64,000 nt of DNA from Octopus vulgaris (GCA_951406725.2 OX597820.1:38006001-38070000); one strand, 5' to 3'; counted from the stretch's first letter, positions 38,045 to 52,120 are shown. Program-made: numbers and translations. Notes: generated by a model not told the origin, from the sequence alone.

Positions 38045-39254
38045 CGTAATAAATTCATTGGTGTCTATTAAAATTATACTTGCTCTGATTACATTAAATT
38101 ATTTTGCATCACATCCACACTGAAATGATAATATAGTTCATATTGCATATATACTGACATATATAATATATATATATATGCTTTAGCTTTTATAGCAAAT
38201 ATATTAATGTATGCAATGCCATTCATACACAAAAGGCGGTGCTCCAGAATGGCCTTAGCGATGATGCCTAAGATACAGCTATTCATTGCACATAACACTT
38301 CTCTTAATGAAATTGATGTTGATTTATATACACCCACTTTTATTCTTAAAATTAACTCATGATTATAATCACAATCCCGAATTATAATCACAATTTTGTT
38401 TTAAACTGAAAAATAAACTAAAACATAAAACTATGGCATGAAGAATATATTTGTTGTCTCAAAATTACTAGATAGAACGACGGAAAAATATAAACTGAAT
38501 GCAATTAAATATGATGAATGTATAGTCGATGAGAACTCTCATCATTTTCATTTGATGAATCAATTTTGTGAAAGTCTGCACCGCGCATAGAATTCTTTCT
38601 AAGTTAAAAGCGAAAAAAGATGAAAGACAAGTTAGAAGAAACTGCCTCAGGCTTCATATTTACAGCTGACATTTTGACAAATTAATTCTTGAACGTAACA
38701 ACCCGATCATTCTCATTTTTCGTGCAGAAAAGTTTTTAAAAAATTCTGAAAGAAATAAATAATTAAAAGCTAGAACAAAAAAAGAAAAGTGAGAAAAAGA
38801 ACACCTCAAATAGATTAAACTGATTTTAAAAGAACTTTGAACAAAAAAGTTACATTGTGTGCGACAGCGCTAATTTTCACCATCATGTATGGGGAATTTT
38901 TTTATTGTTGTGTTTCCAATATTGATTTAATAAGAAAATAGTATAAAAACAAAATGAATAAAACACTTCTTACTATAGCATCAAGTAAAAGATTTGAAAT
39001 ATTTCTGGCTCAAGAAGGAGTCAAATTCAATAGTTATGAAAAGTTGGATAAAAGCATTAATAAGGAAATATTGGAATATTGGTGGATATTATATAACCTT
39101 GAGGCATGAACTAATGTCCACTTGAAACAAGAAAAACTATATAATCGCTCAAAAAAACTGTACAACGTTAATACACAGCATTAGAAATACCAGTTACCTG
39201 CATCTACACCAGAAGATGATATAATACTTCAAGACTATAATTCGCTTTTTTTAT

Positions 39255-39803
39255 GTGATGAGCTGTCAGAATTGTTAGTACGCCGGACAATAATGCTTAG
39301 CGGCATTTAGTCCGTCCTTACTTTCTGAGTTCAAATTCCTCCGAGGTTGATTTGCCTTTCGTCCCTCGGAGTCGCTAAAATAAGCATCAGTTGGGTACAG
39401 AGGCCTGTGTAATTGTCTTTCTCTCAAAAGCTGCTAGGCTTGTGCTAAAATTTGAAAACATTATTTCACAGCATAAGAAGTAACATTTATCTGCTTCACC
39501 CCACAACACACACTCCCCCCACCGCCACACAATGTGATATTCGAGGCTATAATTTACTTATTGTATATCGCTTTTTAAATGTGGTATGGTGGCAGAATCG
39601 TTAGCTCACCGAACAAAATGTTTAGCGGTAGTTCTTCAGATTGTTTATGCTCTAAGTTCAAGAGCTGTCCAAATGCCACAGAGATCAATCTTACCATTCA
39701 ACCTTTCTCGTTCGAGGAAATAAATACTAGTCTGGTACACGAGTCAATGTAATCATCTTTTTCCGCCCTCAAAAATCGTTGTCCTTGTGCCAAAGATAAG
39801 AAT
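39255..39803 (+). mobile_element. Two diverged SINE family A copies (39255-39462, 39585-39803)
   Basis: gagctg.cagaa..gttag..atgcttagcgg..gagttcaaattcc..cttgtgc.aaa. Confidence 0.8.
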
Positions 39804-40642
39804 TATTTGGCTATTTGTGAAAATAGCATCGTTGGAGCGTGTACGCTTTCGTAACAGAGAAATGTGTGGTTCACTGTATTACTGCAGGCAACATTTACGA
39901 AGGAGTATCTGTAAAGCTGTATAAAATACATATATATCGAAGACTTTGCTATTAAAGAGCTGATTTTTCGTGTTTGTTTTCTTGCTGATGTTTATATTCT
40001 TCGCTGATGTATATCGGTGAAATTTAAACACATATTCAAATCGCACACAGAGGCATAGGCATAGGGACACACAAAGTCTGATCGGATGCCACATGAGCTT
40101 GGGTCCTTACTTCTTGAATCCATGTGAAGATAAATTACACATATCAACTATGTTTCATTTCTTTAGCGCGATATGTTACTCGTTCAATTCTAGTGACGGG
40201 ATTTCTTTTGAGTTTCCACGAGTTTAATTTCTATGGCTGGTTACATTTCCACTCATGATTTTAAGAATAAAGTTTCAAGAATACAAGCTAAAGAATTATA
40301 TTCATTAACAGTTTCAAATGACATACTGCTGTTTCACTTTCATATAAAACCGTGTCTTTCATAATATACATGTATTAGCTATATGTATCTCATATTATGG
40401 AATGTGCTCTTTATATTAAGTGTATATTTGCATCATAATGTGTTAACACTGGGGTTTTCTAAATCAGCTCTTTAATAACAAAGTCTTCGATATATATGTA
40501 TTTTATACAGCTTTACAGAGACTCCTTCGTAAATGTTGCCTGCAGTAATACAGTGAACCACACATTTCTCTGTCAGGAAAGCGTACACGCTCCAACGATG
40601 CTATTTTCACAAATAGCCAAATAATTCTTATCTTTGGCACAA
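39785..40642. repeat. ~182-bp inverted duplication with ~490-bp spacer
   Basis: 39785-39966 is the reverse complement of 40461-40642 with only a few mismatches. Confidence 0.93.
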
Positions 40643-40714
40643 AATCTATTTCTTTAATATAAAACTACAGTTTTTATATAATAAATTTACAGTATTTTAT
40701 ATAAAGCTTCACTC

Positions 40715-41030
40715 TTTGGGCTGCGACCATGCTAAGGCGCCTTCTTGAAGGGTTCAATTGGGCAAATTTACCCTAGCACTTATTTTAAGTCTGGTATCCA
40801 GTTGTCAAGTTGGTAGGACACAAACTCAAACGTAAACACACACACACACGCGCGCGCACATGTATGTAGATATGAGGGGCTTCTTTCAGTTTCTGCCAAC
40901 AAAACCATTCACTTGGCTTTGTTAATTCCTGTGGTTGAAGACACTTGCCTAAGGTTTTGTAGTGTGGTACTGAATCCAAGGCCGCTTGGTTCCGAAGCAA
41001 ACTTGTTTATCACATAGTTACGTCTGCGCC
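40715..41030 (-). mobile_element. SINE family B (diverged, internal deletion)
   Basis: ctgcgaccatgct..gggcttctttcagtttc..gaagacacttgcc.aagg. Confidence 0.75.
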
Positions 41031-42123
41031 TATTTGTATAAAATAATTTCTCAGTATAACTAAATACTAGAACTGGCCTGCAAAAAAGTACATGTCATAA
41101 AAAGAAAATATTATTGATACGTGTAAATTGTATTAACTTGGACAAAATTTTCAGTGAGCCTCAGCTTATGTGGTATTCCGACTGCATCAAGCATACCCTA
41201 GGGAATACTCAGAAGAAATTTAAGCACCTTTTATTACACAATATTTTAACTTTTTTTTTAGCTTTTACCAATAAGGGTTTAACTAACTAATTAAATTTGT
41301 TAAAAGTGGGGGTATCGAACGCTTGAATATCCTAGATAAAATTGTCCACAGGCAAAGCAAAATGCATCAGCGACTGAAATAAATTTAGTGGAAAATGATT
41401 TCTTTCCTCACATAAAAATTAACTTTTCAAGAGAAATCCAATAGTGCTTTATAAATTTAAGAACAATTCTCGTCATTTATATTCATTCGATTCTAGTCTG
41501 GGTGACGCCAGGTATTCTGCTTTTATAAAATCAATTTTCCTTATGTCAATGGCGTACTTACATATTCATACTGATTCGGACGCACGCACAGACATACATA
41601 TATGAACGTATAAAAGTTTATATATATATATATATATATGCTATTGTGTAAAAGTGATATCGTTTTTTTTTAAAGTATTTATATTGTGTGCAATTCTATG
41701 TGAGTTTATAGATGGAATTACCTGATGGTAAAGAACTAAATTAAGTTGACGAATGTTTCGATAATGGATCTAATAATATTCTCCAAGACTTGAAGCACAT
41801 AGGAAAAAAGGATGTCGCCAAAAATGCTATAATACTTTTAATGTACTTCAGAAATTCTTTTTTTTTACATTTGAAACAAAAACAACAAAAAACGAAACAA
41901 AGAAAATTGATAGACACACATAAGCACACACTCAACACACACACAAACATATCACCAAGACGTGCGTAAATATATTGGCACAGCGGAGTGCATCGTTATA
42001 AGATCATAATTTCATCTATTCTTGATTGTGTGATTGACTTCGTACTGGAAATAGAATCTGGAATATTTAGTGGCAATTCTGTGTTTATCTAATATGAATG
42101 TTTGCTTTTAAAGAAGAACAAAC

Positions 42124-42237
<114 letters not shown>

Positions 42238-42267
42238 TGTTTTAATTTAATTTAATTCTATGTATTT

Positions 42268-42359
42268 ATGCAGCTGAGGATTGCTCTGCATTTAAATTGA
42301 TGTAATAGTTGGTTGCATTGTTCAATTAAATGGAGTCGCTTGAAACGATCGTACTGCAT
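42268..42359 (+). ncRNA. Type I hammerhead ribozyme with canonical core, long stem II and palindromic stem III
   Basis: atgcag ctgagga [ctc..catttaaattga...tcaattaaatggag] gaaa cgatcg ta ctgcat; predicted cleavage after GUA at 42353; flanked by (TA)n. Confidence 0.85.
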
Positions 42360-42473
42360 TACCTCTGGATATCCTGTTGCTTATTTTGATTTTATACATA
42401 CATATAAATATGTGTGTATATATATACACATATACATATATATATGTATGCATATATATACTTATATATATGC

Positions 42474-42529
<56 letters not shown>

Positions 42530-42695
42530 CTTATATATATATGCATATGTATATACTTTCATATATGTATATATATATGTACTTATATATATGTGTGCAT
42601 ATACTTATATATATAAGTATATATAATCTATCTCTCTACCTATCTAGTTACGTTTGAATGTGTCTGTGTATATCGTCAAATATATGCGTATATAT

Positions 42696-45480
42696 CAGGG
42701 GTATGATTTTTTATGCTTTTGGAAGTAAACATTTTCCTGTATCAAAATTTGATGAACAATTTCATATACGTAGGGAAAATAACCCTTGTTTTAAGTTTTT
42801 TTTTTAAAAAACACCACCCCAACGAAAGAAGTCTAACACCACTTTTGACCCAAATTATGCAACATTCTAGCGGGTGGGGTGGGGGTTCATGATGCCTACT
42901 CAAGATTTTATCAGGCTCGGTGTGTTGACTTAATGCAATGCAGAAGCAGTATATCTCAAATTTCAGCTTTCAAGTTTAAGTAGTTTAAGAGTTATAGATT
43001 TTTAAATTCATTACCACTTACACCCTACTTTAGGAAATATCCTCTTCCTTTTCTTTTTATTTCTGTGACGCTAAGAAGGCTGACTATATTAGCTGTTTTT
43101 CAGAATAGTAGGCTTATCCAACTAGAGTATCTAAAATAATGTCTTATAAGAGAAGTGGTTGTGTCACTACCCCACCAAAAAAAAAACAAAAAAAAAACAA
43201 ACAAATCTGGACCAAGAATTTCGTGTAATTTCAAGACTTACATAGGAAAAGAAGACTTATTCCGCTAGAAGAGCATTCCTTGGAAAACAGCTGCAGGATA
43301 CTAATGAAACTTCAAATTGTCGATCGCTACCTGTTCCTTGGGATACCATCAAAGGAAGGAAGAAAGAACAAAGGGAATTTCGAAAGAAGTAACTTTTTAT
43401 ATCAAAAGAAATAGAATTTCCCATATTTATGAATTGAAAATCTGTAAGCAAAAGTAGAAAAAGTACTGAATATTTACGATAAATATGTAAATCGAGGAAA
43501 ATACGATTCATTGAAAGGTACTTTTGACATCATAAAGGAAAACGGAGAATGGCTGTGCAGTGAGGAAAGAAGGTTATATTATCTTCAAATTGAAAGCAAG
43601 TGACAGGTTGAGTATAGAACTGGAAAGGCCAGCAGTTCCAAAACTATCGATCCATCCAAACGAAGAAGAGTGTCCTTAATGCCAACTTCAACCAGACAAC
43701 CCCAGTACCATCGCCAACGTCTGAAGCAGAGACTGAAAGTGAATATCAAGAGTGCGAAAAATCAGATGAAGAATCTACACAAACAAGGAGGTATAGCAAA
43801 ACTGTAACTGCAAACAAGTAATACTTTCCAAGATACCAACCCCAAAAGCAGCAACAGCTTGTTGACAGTTACCTCAAGATGAAATCAATGTCGAGACACC
43901 TTCCCAGTCTGGTGTTTACAGATCGACTATCAAAGAAGCTGTTAAAGTGTAAAAAAAAATGAAATTGGAGAAAATACTGCATTTAGAAAACTGGTCATTG
44001 CATTTTGATGGTAAATATATTGATGACTAAGAATACCAAGTGATAGTTTTAAAGAATAAACAGGGAGAAGTTAAGTTAAAAGTACTCCAATTACCAAAGG
44101 AAAAAGCCGATACTGTTGTGAAAGGAATAACAGCTGTTTTAGAAGAATGAAATTTATGGAACTGTATAAAGATGATTGTCACTGATACAACGAGTGTGAA
44201 CACTGGGAAAAGAAATGGCATTTTCATTCAGTTGGAAAGACTGTTTACTCAAAAGGGTTTGAAAGAACCGCAATTTATTAGTTGTCAGCATCATATTCTT
44301 CGTGTTGTAATCGAACACGAACTTGGAGAAAAAAGTAATCCCTCAATATTGAATATTCATTCATCCCAGAGCTTCTAAGTAATTGCGGGAAACTCCAGGC
44401 TAATTTCAGCAATAGTGAAGAAAAGATTACTGAATCAGCAAGATGGCGAGATGACATGAAATTTCATTTGAGCAGAGTTTTTCGTTTCTTTGAAGAAACC
44501 GGCAAATTTCATACTGTAAAGTTTTAAAAAATACGCAACGTAAGTAATGCAAGATGGAAATCTCGAGTAATACTAGTTCTTTTGGCATTTATTCTTCTAC
44601 CAGAAAAAGAAAAGAGTTTTGCTTCTCAATGTTTGTCGATTCATCTTTTACAGCTGGGTAGATGTTTAGTTTACTGACCAAATGTTCAATGCACATAATT
44701 ATCAGAAGTTATGTGGTAAGCCGCAAGTTCATAAAAATACATTGAACGCTGTAAAAAAACTTTTGGAGTCGAGAAACATCAAATCTGGAAATTCCTAGAA
44801 CAAATCAGAGTGCAGAACGCAATCAAGTGTCTTCAAGATCTTTATGATGTTTGTAAAAAGAAGGAGAAACTTCAGCTTCGATTTATTTTATCTAACAAAA
44901 CATTAATTCTTTGTTATGGTTAAAAATTAGTTAACATTCAGCACCCCTTTTCAGTTATTTAAAATTGGAATTAAACCTATAAAGTAAAAAATATGTATTG
45001 CTTTTAATTTTGTATGTTACTGGCCTCTGTCTTAAAATAGCCTAGTTTTAAACCTTGGCATAGAGCAATTTCAATTCAGTAATCTTTAAAAATGTATAAA
45101 TACACTTTTATTCCACATCTCTCTTGCGTTTACAAGGATTTAGGCAGCGGAAATATTGAAGTGAATCTAGTGCCACCTAATGATTACAGTTTTAAAAGCC
45201 CATAACTCAAAAACTACTTCAACGAGAAAACTGAAATTTCAGATATACTATTTCTGCTTGGCATTGAGTCAGCACACCAAGTTTGGTAAAATCTTGAGCA
45301 GGCATTATTAACATTCGCTAGAATTTTGCATGATTTTGGTCAAACGTGGTGATCGATTTCATAATTTGGGGGTGACATTTTTTCAAATAAAGCAAAATAA
45401 ATGTTAGTTTCCTGACTTTTATAAAATTATTCATCGAATTAGAGTATCGGGTTATTAGGTGGGAAAAAGTCATAACCCTA
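42696..45480 (+). mobile_element. Full-length decayed DNA transposon with ~320-bp TIRs, hAT-related (possibly hATm-like) transposase
   Basis: Termini caggggtatga / tcataacccta; 42696-43010 vs 45190-45480 inverted and diverged. Broken frames give WSLHFDGK, MIVTDTTSVNTG, CQHHIL, SNARW, RTNQSAER. Possible TSD gcgtatata/gtgtatata. Confidence 0.85.
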
Positions 45481-46370
45481 GTGTATATACACTTACGTAC
45501 ACTTTATGACTGTTAATTATTACATAGTCTTATTACTATTTGTTTTTCTCATTAATTGTTACCATTATTGACAGCTTATGAAGCATAATAATATTTTGTT
45601 GCTTTGTATACTTTTACTATTATATAATTCTGAATCGTGTCATACGTTTTTATTCCTCTTTCGGCCCCTTTAAGTAATTAGACATACGAGACTGTATATT
45701 GTGCCAAGACGTTCAATTTTTTACTCTCTCTCAACCTCTTATATCTGTTTTATTTCATCTTCTCAGTCAGTACTTCTTCGTTCTCTCTTTGATAATCAAG
45801 ATTTTCTTTGAAGTTGATCTAGACATGCGTATCTCAGTTGATTTACGACACTCTGTAGACAACCATCTGAATATACACTCTATTTAATAAATCCAACTTC
45901 TAACATGACCTTCTTAAGGGATACACTAAAACCATTATCTTTATAATTTCTTTTATTTGCACTTTTAATAGAAACTCCTCCTCTCTGTATAAGCACCATC
46001 ACCTATCTTTATCTATATATAGTGTTTCTCGTATAAATGTACTTATAAGGAATTGATGAAATGACTATGAGTATTCATTTTGTAATCAATATCATAAGAG
46101 TGAAACTTACGTAATGATTGCTTGTATTCGTGTTTTCCAACTTGTTATAAAATATATTACTCATATGTTCTTCAAAACCTTGTAGCTGTTTTAGATCTTA
46201 GAACAAACTGAATTCAGTGTTTTAGGATCTAAAACTCTTCATATGTAATTTTTGTGAAACATTTCCCTGAGATTCTTATCCATAAACATGATTTTTTAAA
46301 TAAATTTATGATTGGGTCTAAATGGAGCCAATTGTAAGATTATATTTGATTTTATATTATATTATGATAA

Positions 46371-46508
46371 TCTCTCTCTCTATATATATATAAATGGCAA
46401 AATGTCTGCGTGTGTGTCCATTATACAAATCCACAACTTTTCAGTTAGAGAGCTCGCACTTTCTATGGTCATTCAAAACCGTCCAAAGTTGCCGGGTCAT
46501 AGTGCTAG
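46371..46508 (+). mobile_element. Mini non-autonomous Helitron-like element
   Basis: A|TC...tatataaatggcaaaatgtctg...gccgggtcatagtgCTAG|T. Confidence 0.7.
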
Positions 46509-46659
46509 TAATATAATATTTTGTTAATAAATTAAAATATGTCAATCGTAAATCTCCATTTTCTTTTAATTTTTGTATATTAAATATTAATTCATATTTT
46601 TTCTATTTCTTAAATCAGTCTTAAAGAAATTCTAGGTGAATGATTCGACTTCACCGCTT

Positions 46660-47415
46660 ATATTTCAAGCTTAGTAATTCTATCGGTTTTTTTGCCGAGC
46701 CACTAAATTAGGGGGTCACAAACATTCCAGCACTGGTTGGCCAGTGGTAGAGGGGGTTAAACACAAACGCACTCACGCCCACGCACACAAACATACATAT
46801 ACGGAGGGCTTCCTTCAGTTTCCCTCTGCCAAACCACTCACAAGGCTTTGGTCCATCCGAGGTTATATTAGAAGACACTAACCCAAGGTGTCATGCAGTG
46901 GGACAACTCGGAACGGAACCATGTGGTTTGGAGGCAAGCTTCTTACCACAAAGTCACACCTGAGTCTATGTATATATATATTTGTTATACATATATACAT
47001 ACATACTCTTTTACTTGTTTTTCTTTTACTTGTTTCAGTGATGTGACGGTGGCCATACTGGAGAACCGCCTTTTAGTAGAGCAAATCGCCCCCAGGACTT
47101 ATTCTTTGTAAGCCTAGCACTTATTCTATAGGTTTCTTTTGCCGAACCGCTAAGTTACGGGGACGTAAACACACCACCATCGGTTGTCAAGCGATGTTGG
47201 GGGGACAAACACAAACACACAAACATACACACACACACTCACATATATATATATATATACATATATACGACAGACTTCTTTCAGTTTCCGTCTGCCAAAC
47301 CCACTCACAAGGCTTTGGTCGGCCCGAGGCTATAGTAGAAGACACTTGCCCAAGGTGCCACGCAGTGGGTCTGAACCTGGAACCATGTGGTTCGTAAGCA
47401 AGCTACTTAGCACAC
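46660..47415 (-). mobile_element. Two tandem SINE family B copies (46660-46962, 47025-47415)
   Basis: The second copy is near consensus; minus-strand tRNA-like head followed by ccttgggcaagtgtc (CORE-like). Confidence 0.9.
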
Positions 47416-47458
47416 ACACCCACTCATATATATATATATATATATGGATATATATATA

Positions 47459-48575
47459 TCCATATACATAAATGGCAATTTCTGTCTGTCTGTGGCTGAA
47501 TGTGCGTGTTTGTGAATTTGTTGCTTTAACTCCTCCGGGACTATCCAACCAATCTTGATGAAACTTGACACGTGTGTGGGGCTTATGCACATGCGGTTAG
47601 TTATGCACTTGGAATTTTGAAAAACAATCGATAATTTTTAATCAGCGTTGATTTTTCAAAAATCAATAGGACATTTCAATACAAATTCTCAAATGTATGT
47701 TATTTTCAGCCATAACTTTTTAAGTTTTAAACAGATTTTCTTGAAATTTTATACAAAGATGGAATATATGCTAAAGATGGGTTGAGACAAATAATTTTTT
47801 ACCAAGCAAAGCATAAGATGATTTTTGATTAACTGATTAGCAAAATTTGGCCTAAATTGTCGTGGAGTTAAAATATGTTCATCAATTATTTCAGCATTCT
47901 CAGGTTGCTGTAACAGGTATTTTAACACCTGTACTTAAAACTATCAATTCTAAATGTTGCAGCATTGTATGCTAAAACATGTAACATGTATTTTCTTAAC
48001 ACCTGCATTTAAAATTGTTAGTTCTAACCATTGCAATTGATATGTGATTCTCACGATCAGTGGAACTATACCCATGAAACACAGTTGTCAAATTAAGTGC
48101 ATGTGCAATTAAAATTTTCTCTCAAGTTGCAAGAGAAGTTTCCAAAAATAACGAAGATTATATTTTTGTATGCTTTGTTTTACTTCCTCATAGCATCTTA
48201 CGACTCTTATGACCGCCATGTTATCGCCTCTGCACTCCAGCCGTTTTTGTAAGTATAAAATCTCTTTCCTCTAAGTAATTTTTTCGTTTACTTTTGTATC
48301 CTTTACGTTCCTATTTTTCATAGCACTCCTTCACAATTCCCTTCTTGATGTTTCCATTGATTATATATTTGCAGCTTTCCACTCATCTGACCAAACAATT
48401 GTCATTTTCCGATTCCACACGTATTTATTTGTATTATTGTTTTGTGAATGAATTTGCTCATGCCTTCTATTATCTGTCCTATGTTTTGATTTAATTTTTC
48501 GTCTGAGAGAAATTAGGCATTTTAATGGGTACTGGGAATAACTCCGTTCCTGGGTATTACCGGGTACCTCAGCTA

Positions 48576-48642
<67 letters not shown>

Positions 48643-48729
48643 TTGATTTCATTTTTCGTCTGAGAGAAATTAGGCATTTTAATGGATACTGGGAATAACT
48701 CCGTTCCTGGGTATTACCAGGTACCTCAG

Positions 48730-48733
<4 letters not shown>
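47459..48733 (+). mobile_element. Non-autonomous Helitron-like element with duplicated 3' terminus
   Basis: 5' A|TCcatatacataaatggcaa; 3' hairpin cctgg..cc(g/a)gg then tacctcagCTAA|T at 48576 and again at 48733. Confidence 0.7.
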
Positions 48734-48778
<45 letters not shown>

Positions 48779-48819
48779 TTATATATACATACATGCATGC
48801 ATATGTATATATGTGTTTT

Positions 48820-49030
48820 ACTATCTTGACATCACATGATAGTTGTTAATGAATGTTGCTATCATGCAAGTAGTGTCCTGTATTTCCAATCTTCTGTGAA
48901 AACATGTCTGGTCATGGGGAAATACTACTTTGCATGAAAACAGATAAGGTTGGGTAACGAATTCCATCCATCCTGTCTGAGCATGGAAAACTGGACATTA
49001 AAATAATGATGTTGATGATGAGGATAATGA
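48820..49030 (+). mobile_element. SINE/LINE 3' tail fragment (RTE-type)
   Basis: ..gcatggaaaactggacattaaaataatgatgttgatgatg with a (GAT)n-like tail. Confidence 0.55.
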
Positions 49031-49614
49031 TACATATCCAAAGGCTTCTTTCTGTTTCCATCTACCAAATATAATTACAATGTTTGGTCAGCCTGGAACT
49101 GAAGTAGAAGACACTTGGCCAAGATGCTATGCAGTGGGACTGAACCTGAAACTACTTGCCTCGGAAACAAATGTCTTAACCACACAGCCATGCCTCTGTC
49201 TAAGTTAATATCACATTCAGAAAAGATAAGGGAATAACTTCCCATTCAAATCTATGAATTCTTCAAAGATATTCTTTCTTTTCCAGTGGAAGATGATGAT
49301 GATGAGAGAGAGAGAGAGAGAGAGAAGAGATTTAAACTTAATTATGAAAATAGGTTGTATCTAATGAAAGTCATCAACTATTAGTAAAACAGTCAAAGGC
49401 TTTTCAAGTTCATACTGAATAGAAAATGTATGTTGTGTGTCTCTCTCTTTCGATTTAACACTGCTGTTTCTTTAAATTAAATTATGTTTTCCCCAAATCC
49501 CAAAAGTTTTCAACTTTCAACTCTATCTCATGATTTCAGCATTTGCTGTTTCATTAATTTTTGTTACAGAGAATCCCCTACGAATATTCTTCTTCCTCGT
49601 GTTTGTCCCTCTCT

Positions 49615-49647
<33 letters not shown>

Positions 49648-50194
49648 CGTCTTCGATTTACTACCTAATACACCAACAGTCCTCCCCCCACTAATCCCTA
49701 ACTCGATATAAACTAGAGTATGCTCTGTTTTTTTGCTCTACTCGATTTTCATTTCCTATGCTGATAAAACACGGATTTCAGAAAATGAGCAGTTAAGCAA
49801 TTTTGACTTTTACAACCTCGTCCATTCCTGTTTATGTAACCCTAACCTCTTCCCATTCGTTCTCTATTATCTATTTCTCTATCATGTAAACATAGTACCG
49901 ATAGCTTCCTTAAGATCATGTATTTTTATTCCTCTTTTATTCAAGGTTATCATTTCGTTATTTCATTCTCCCGCTTACAAGTGGAGAAGACGATGCTCTT
50001 GTTTCGCGGTACACCCGCCCTCCCACCCCCTCCACCAAAATCGGAAGTTACTACCTTTGTCTTACTTGTGTACTCCCCCGCGAACACTCCCACCCATACC
50101 CCTATGTAGGGTTTATTTGATCATATAGCGCAAAAAACTGTGTAGTGTATGTAGGTTGTAGTCTAGTGTTTCTTTATGAAATCTGCCAAATGCA

Positions 50195-50399
50195 AGCTTT
50201 CTTTTCAGGTACATGACACTGCTGTCCCTCATCCCAGGGTCTCACAGGCCCACACCACCCACACCCTCAGAGTTGGCACATTGAAAGGTAGGTCTGGTGA
50301 GATTGTTGAGCTGCTTGAACGGAGACGTGTGGATTTGTGCTGCATCCAAGAAGTAAGGTGGAGAGGAAGGCAAAGAACACAAGTACAAGATTTTCTGGG
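50195..50399 (+). mobile_element. RTE LINE 5' fragment (APE endonuclease N-terminus)
   Basis: TLRVGTLKGRSGEIVELLERRRVDLCCIQEVRWRG. Confidence 0.85.
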
Positions 50400-51968
50400 C
50401 AAGCCAAGCCAAGTCAAGCCAAGCCTTCTATAATAGTGACACCAATGCCACAGCGAGCTCTGGCCGCCATAGCGTCGACTGTGGGCCGGTAACTGTGTAC
50501 AGTCGCCTCAGTGTCGCGAGATTGATGATCCTCAGCACCTTTGGTGGACATCCGATTTTTCGGAGCAGGATGAAAAGGATTTTTCTACTTAGCAAGTCAA
50601 AGGCCTTTGTCCGATCAATGAAGGCTACATATAACGGCATTTTCTGCTCTCTGGACTTCTTCTGAAGTTGGCGTATGGAGAATATCATGTCAATAGTTGA
50701 TCCACTTCTTCTAAAGCCACACTGCGATTCTGGATGAATTCGAGAAGCAAGCAGTTGTGGCCTGGACAGGATAATGTGAGCAAAGGCCTTTCCAACAGTG
50801 CTTAGAAGAGATATTCCACGGTAATTGTTACAATCACCACGGTCACCTTTGTTTTTGTAAAGCGTAATGATGTTAGCATCCCGCATATCCTGAGGGACTG
50901 TATCCTTTTCCCAGCTCTGACACAGAAGCTCATGAAGTTGCCGAGGCAGGATGGTGTTTTTGCCGATTTTGATGATCTCTAAGGGGATGCCGTCTTTTCC
51001 CGGAGCCTTGTTACTTGCTAGAGAGTCAATAGCCTTGGCGAGCTCTGCTATAAATGACAGACTGTCAAGTTCATACATAACTGGCAAGATCTTGACACCC
51101 TCGATTGCAGCCTCAGCTACCGTGGACCCCGTGAGTACAGATCCTGGTAGTACTCCACCCATGTATCCATTTGCTTGCTTTGGTCCTTGATGAGATCTCC
51201 AGTAGTTGATTTCAGAGAGGCTGACTTGGTTGCGGATGGACCGAGGGCCTTCTTCAAACCGGCATACATCCCACGGGTGTCGCCACTGTCAGCAGCTGAC
51301 TTGATACTCTGACAGATTTCCTGCCAATACCTATTTGCACAGCGTCTGGCAGTCAGCTGGGTTTTATTTTTTGCCCTTCTGAGTTCTTCGAGTATCTTTG
51401 TAGAAGAATCACTCTTGTATTGCATCAGAGCTGCACGCTTTGCTTCGATAACGGTTTCCAGCTCTGAGAGCCCAGCACTGAACAAAATCTGGGTTTTGCC
51501 TTTCTCTCATGCCGAAAGTATCTATTGATGTGGTATACAAAGCTTCCCTGATATAATTCCACCTACTTTCAGCAGAGGAGGTTGGGCAGCTACTAAGGGC
51601 AACCTTAATAGAAACAGAAAAACATTGTCGCAGTGTAGGGTCCGAGGTTCTGCCAGTGTTAATGCGTGGTCAGCCCATTTTCTTGGAGTGATGGACTTTT
51701 TTAGGTAGAATCCTCACCCTGCTTCTTATTAGTGAATAATCTGTGTCACAATCCACGCTGTGGTAACTACGGGTCAGTTGAGCAGAATTCAGAAAGGATC
51801 TTCGTGTAATGATGAGATCCAGCTGATGCCAGTGGTGAGATCTTGGATGTCTCCAAGATGCCTTGTGGGATGACTTGTTGGCAAAGAATGTGTTGGTGAT
51901 GCACAGGTTATGGTATGTGCAAAATTCAAGTAGTCTCTGACCATTGTCATTCATGTTGCTAATACCAA
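50400..51968 (-). mobile_element. RTE (BovB-like) LINE, 5'-truncated and internally deleted
   Basis: NDNGQRLLEFC..ITNTFF..WRHPRS..WHQLD..DCDTD; KAPGKDGIP, NYRGISLLS, PESQCGFR, FID.TKAFD; abrupt jump at ~50520 to a short 3' end with a (GGCTT)n tail. Confidence 0.92.
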
Positions 51969-52076
51969 AACACATACACTTACATATATACATACATATA
52001 TATACGATTGATTTGTTTCAGTTCTTGTCCACGAAATCCACACACACAAACACACATATATATATATATATGTATG

Positions 52077-52120
<44 letters not shown>

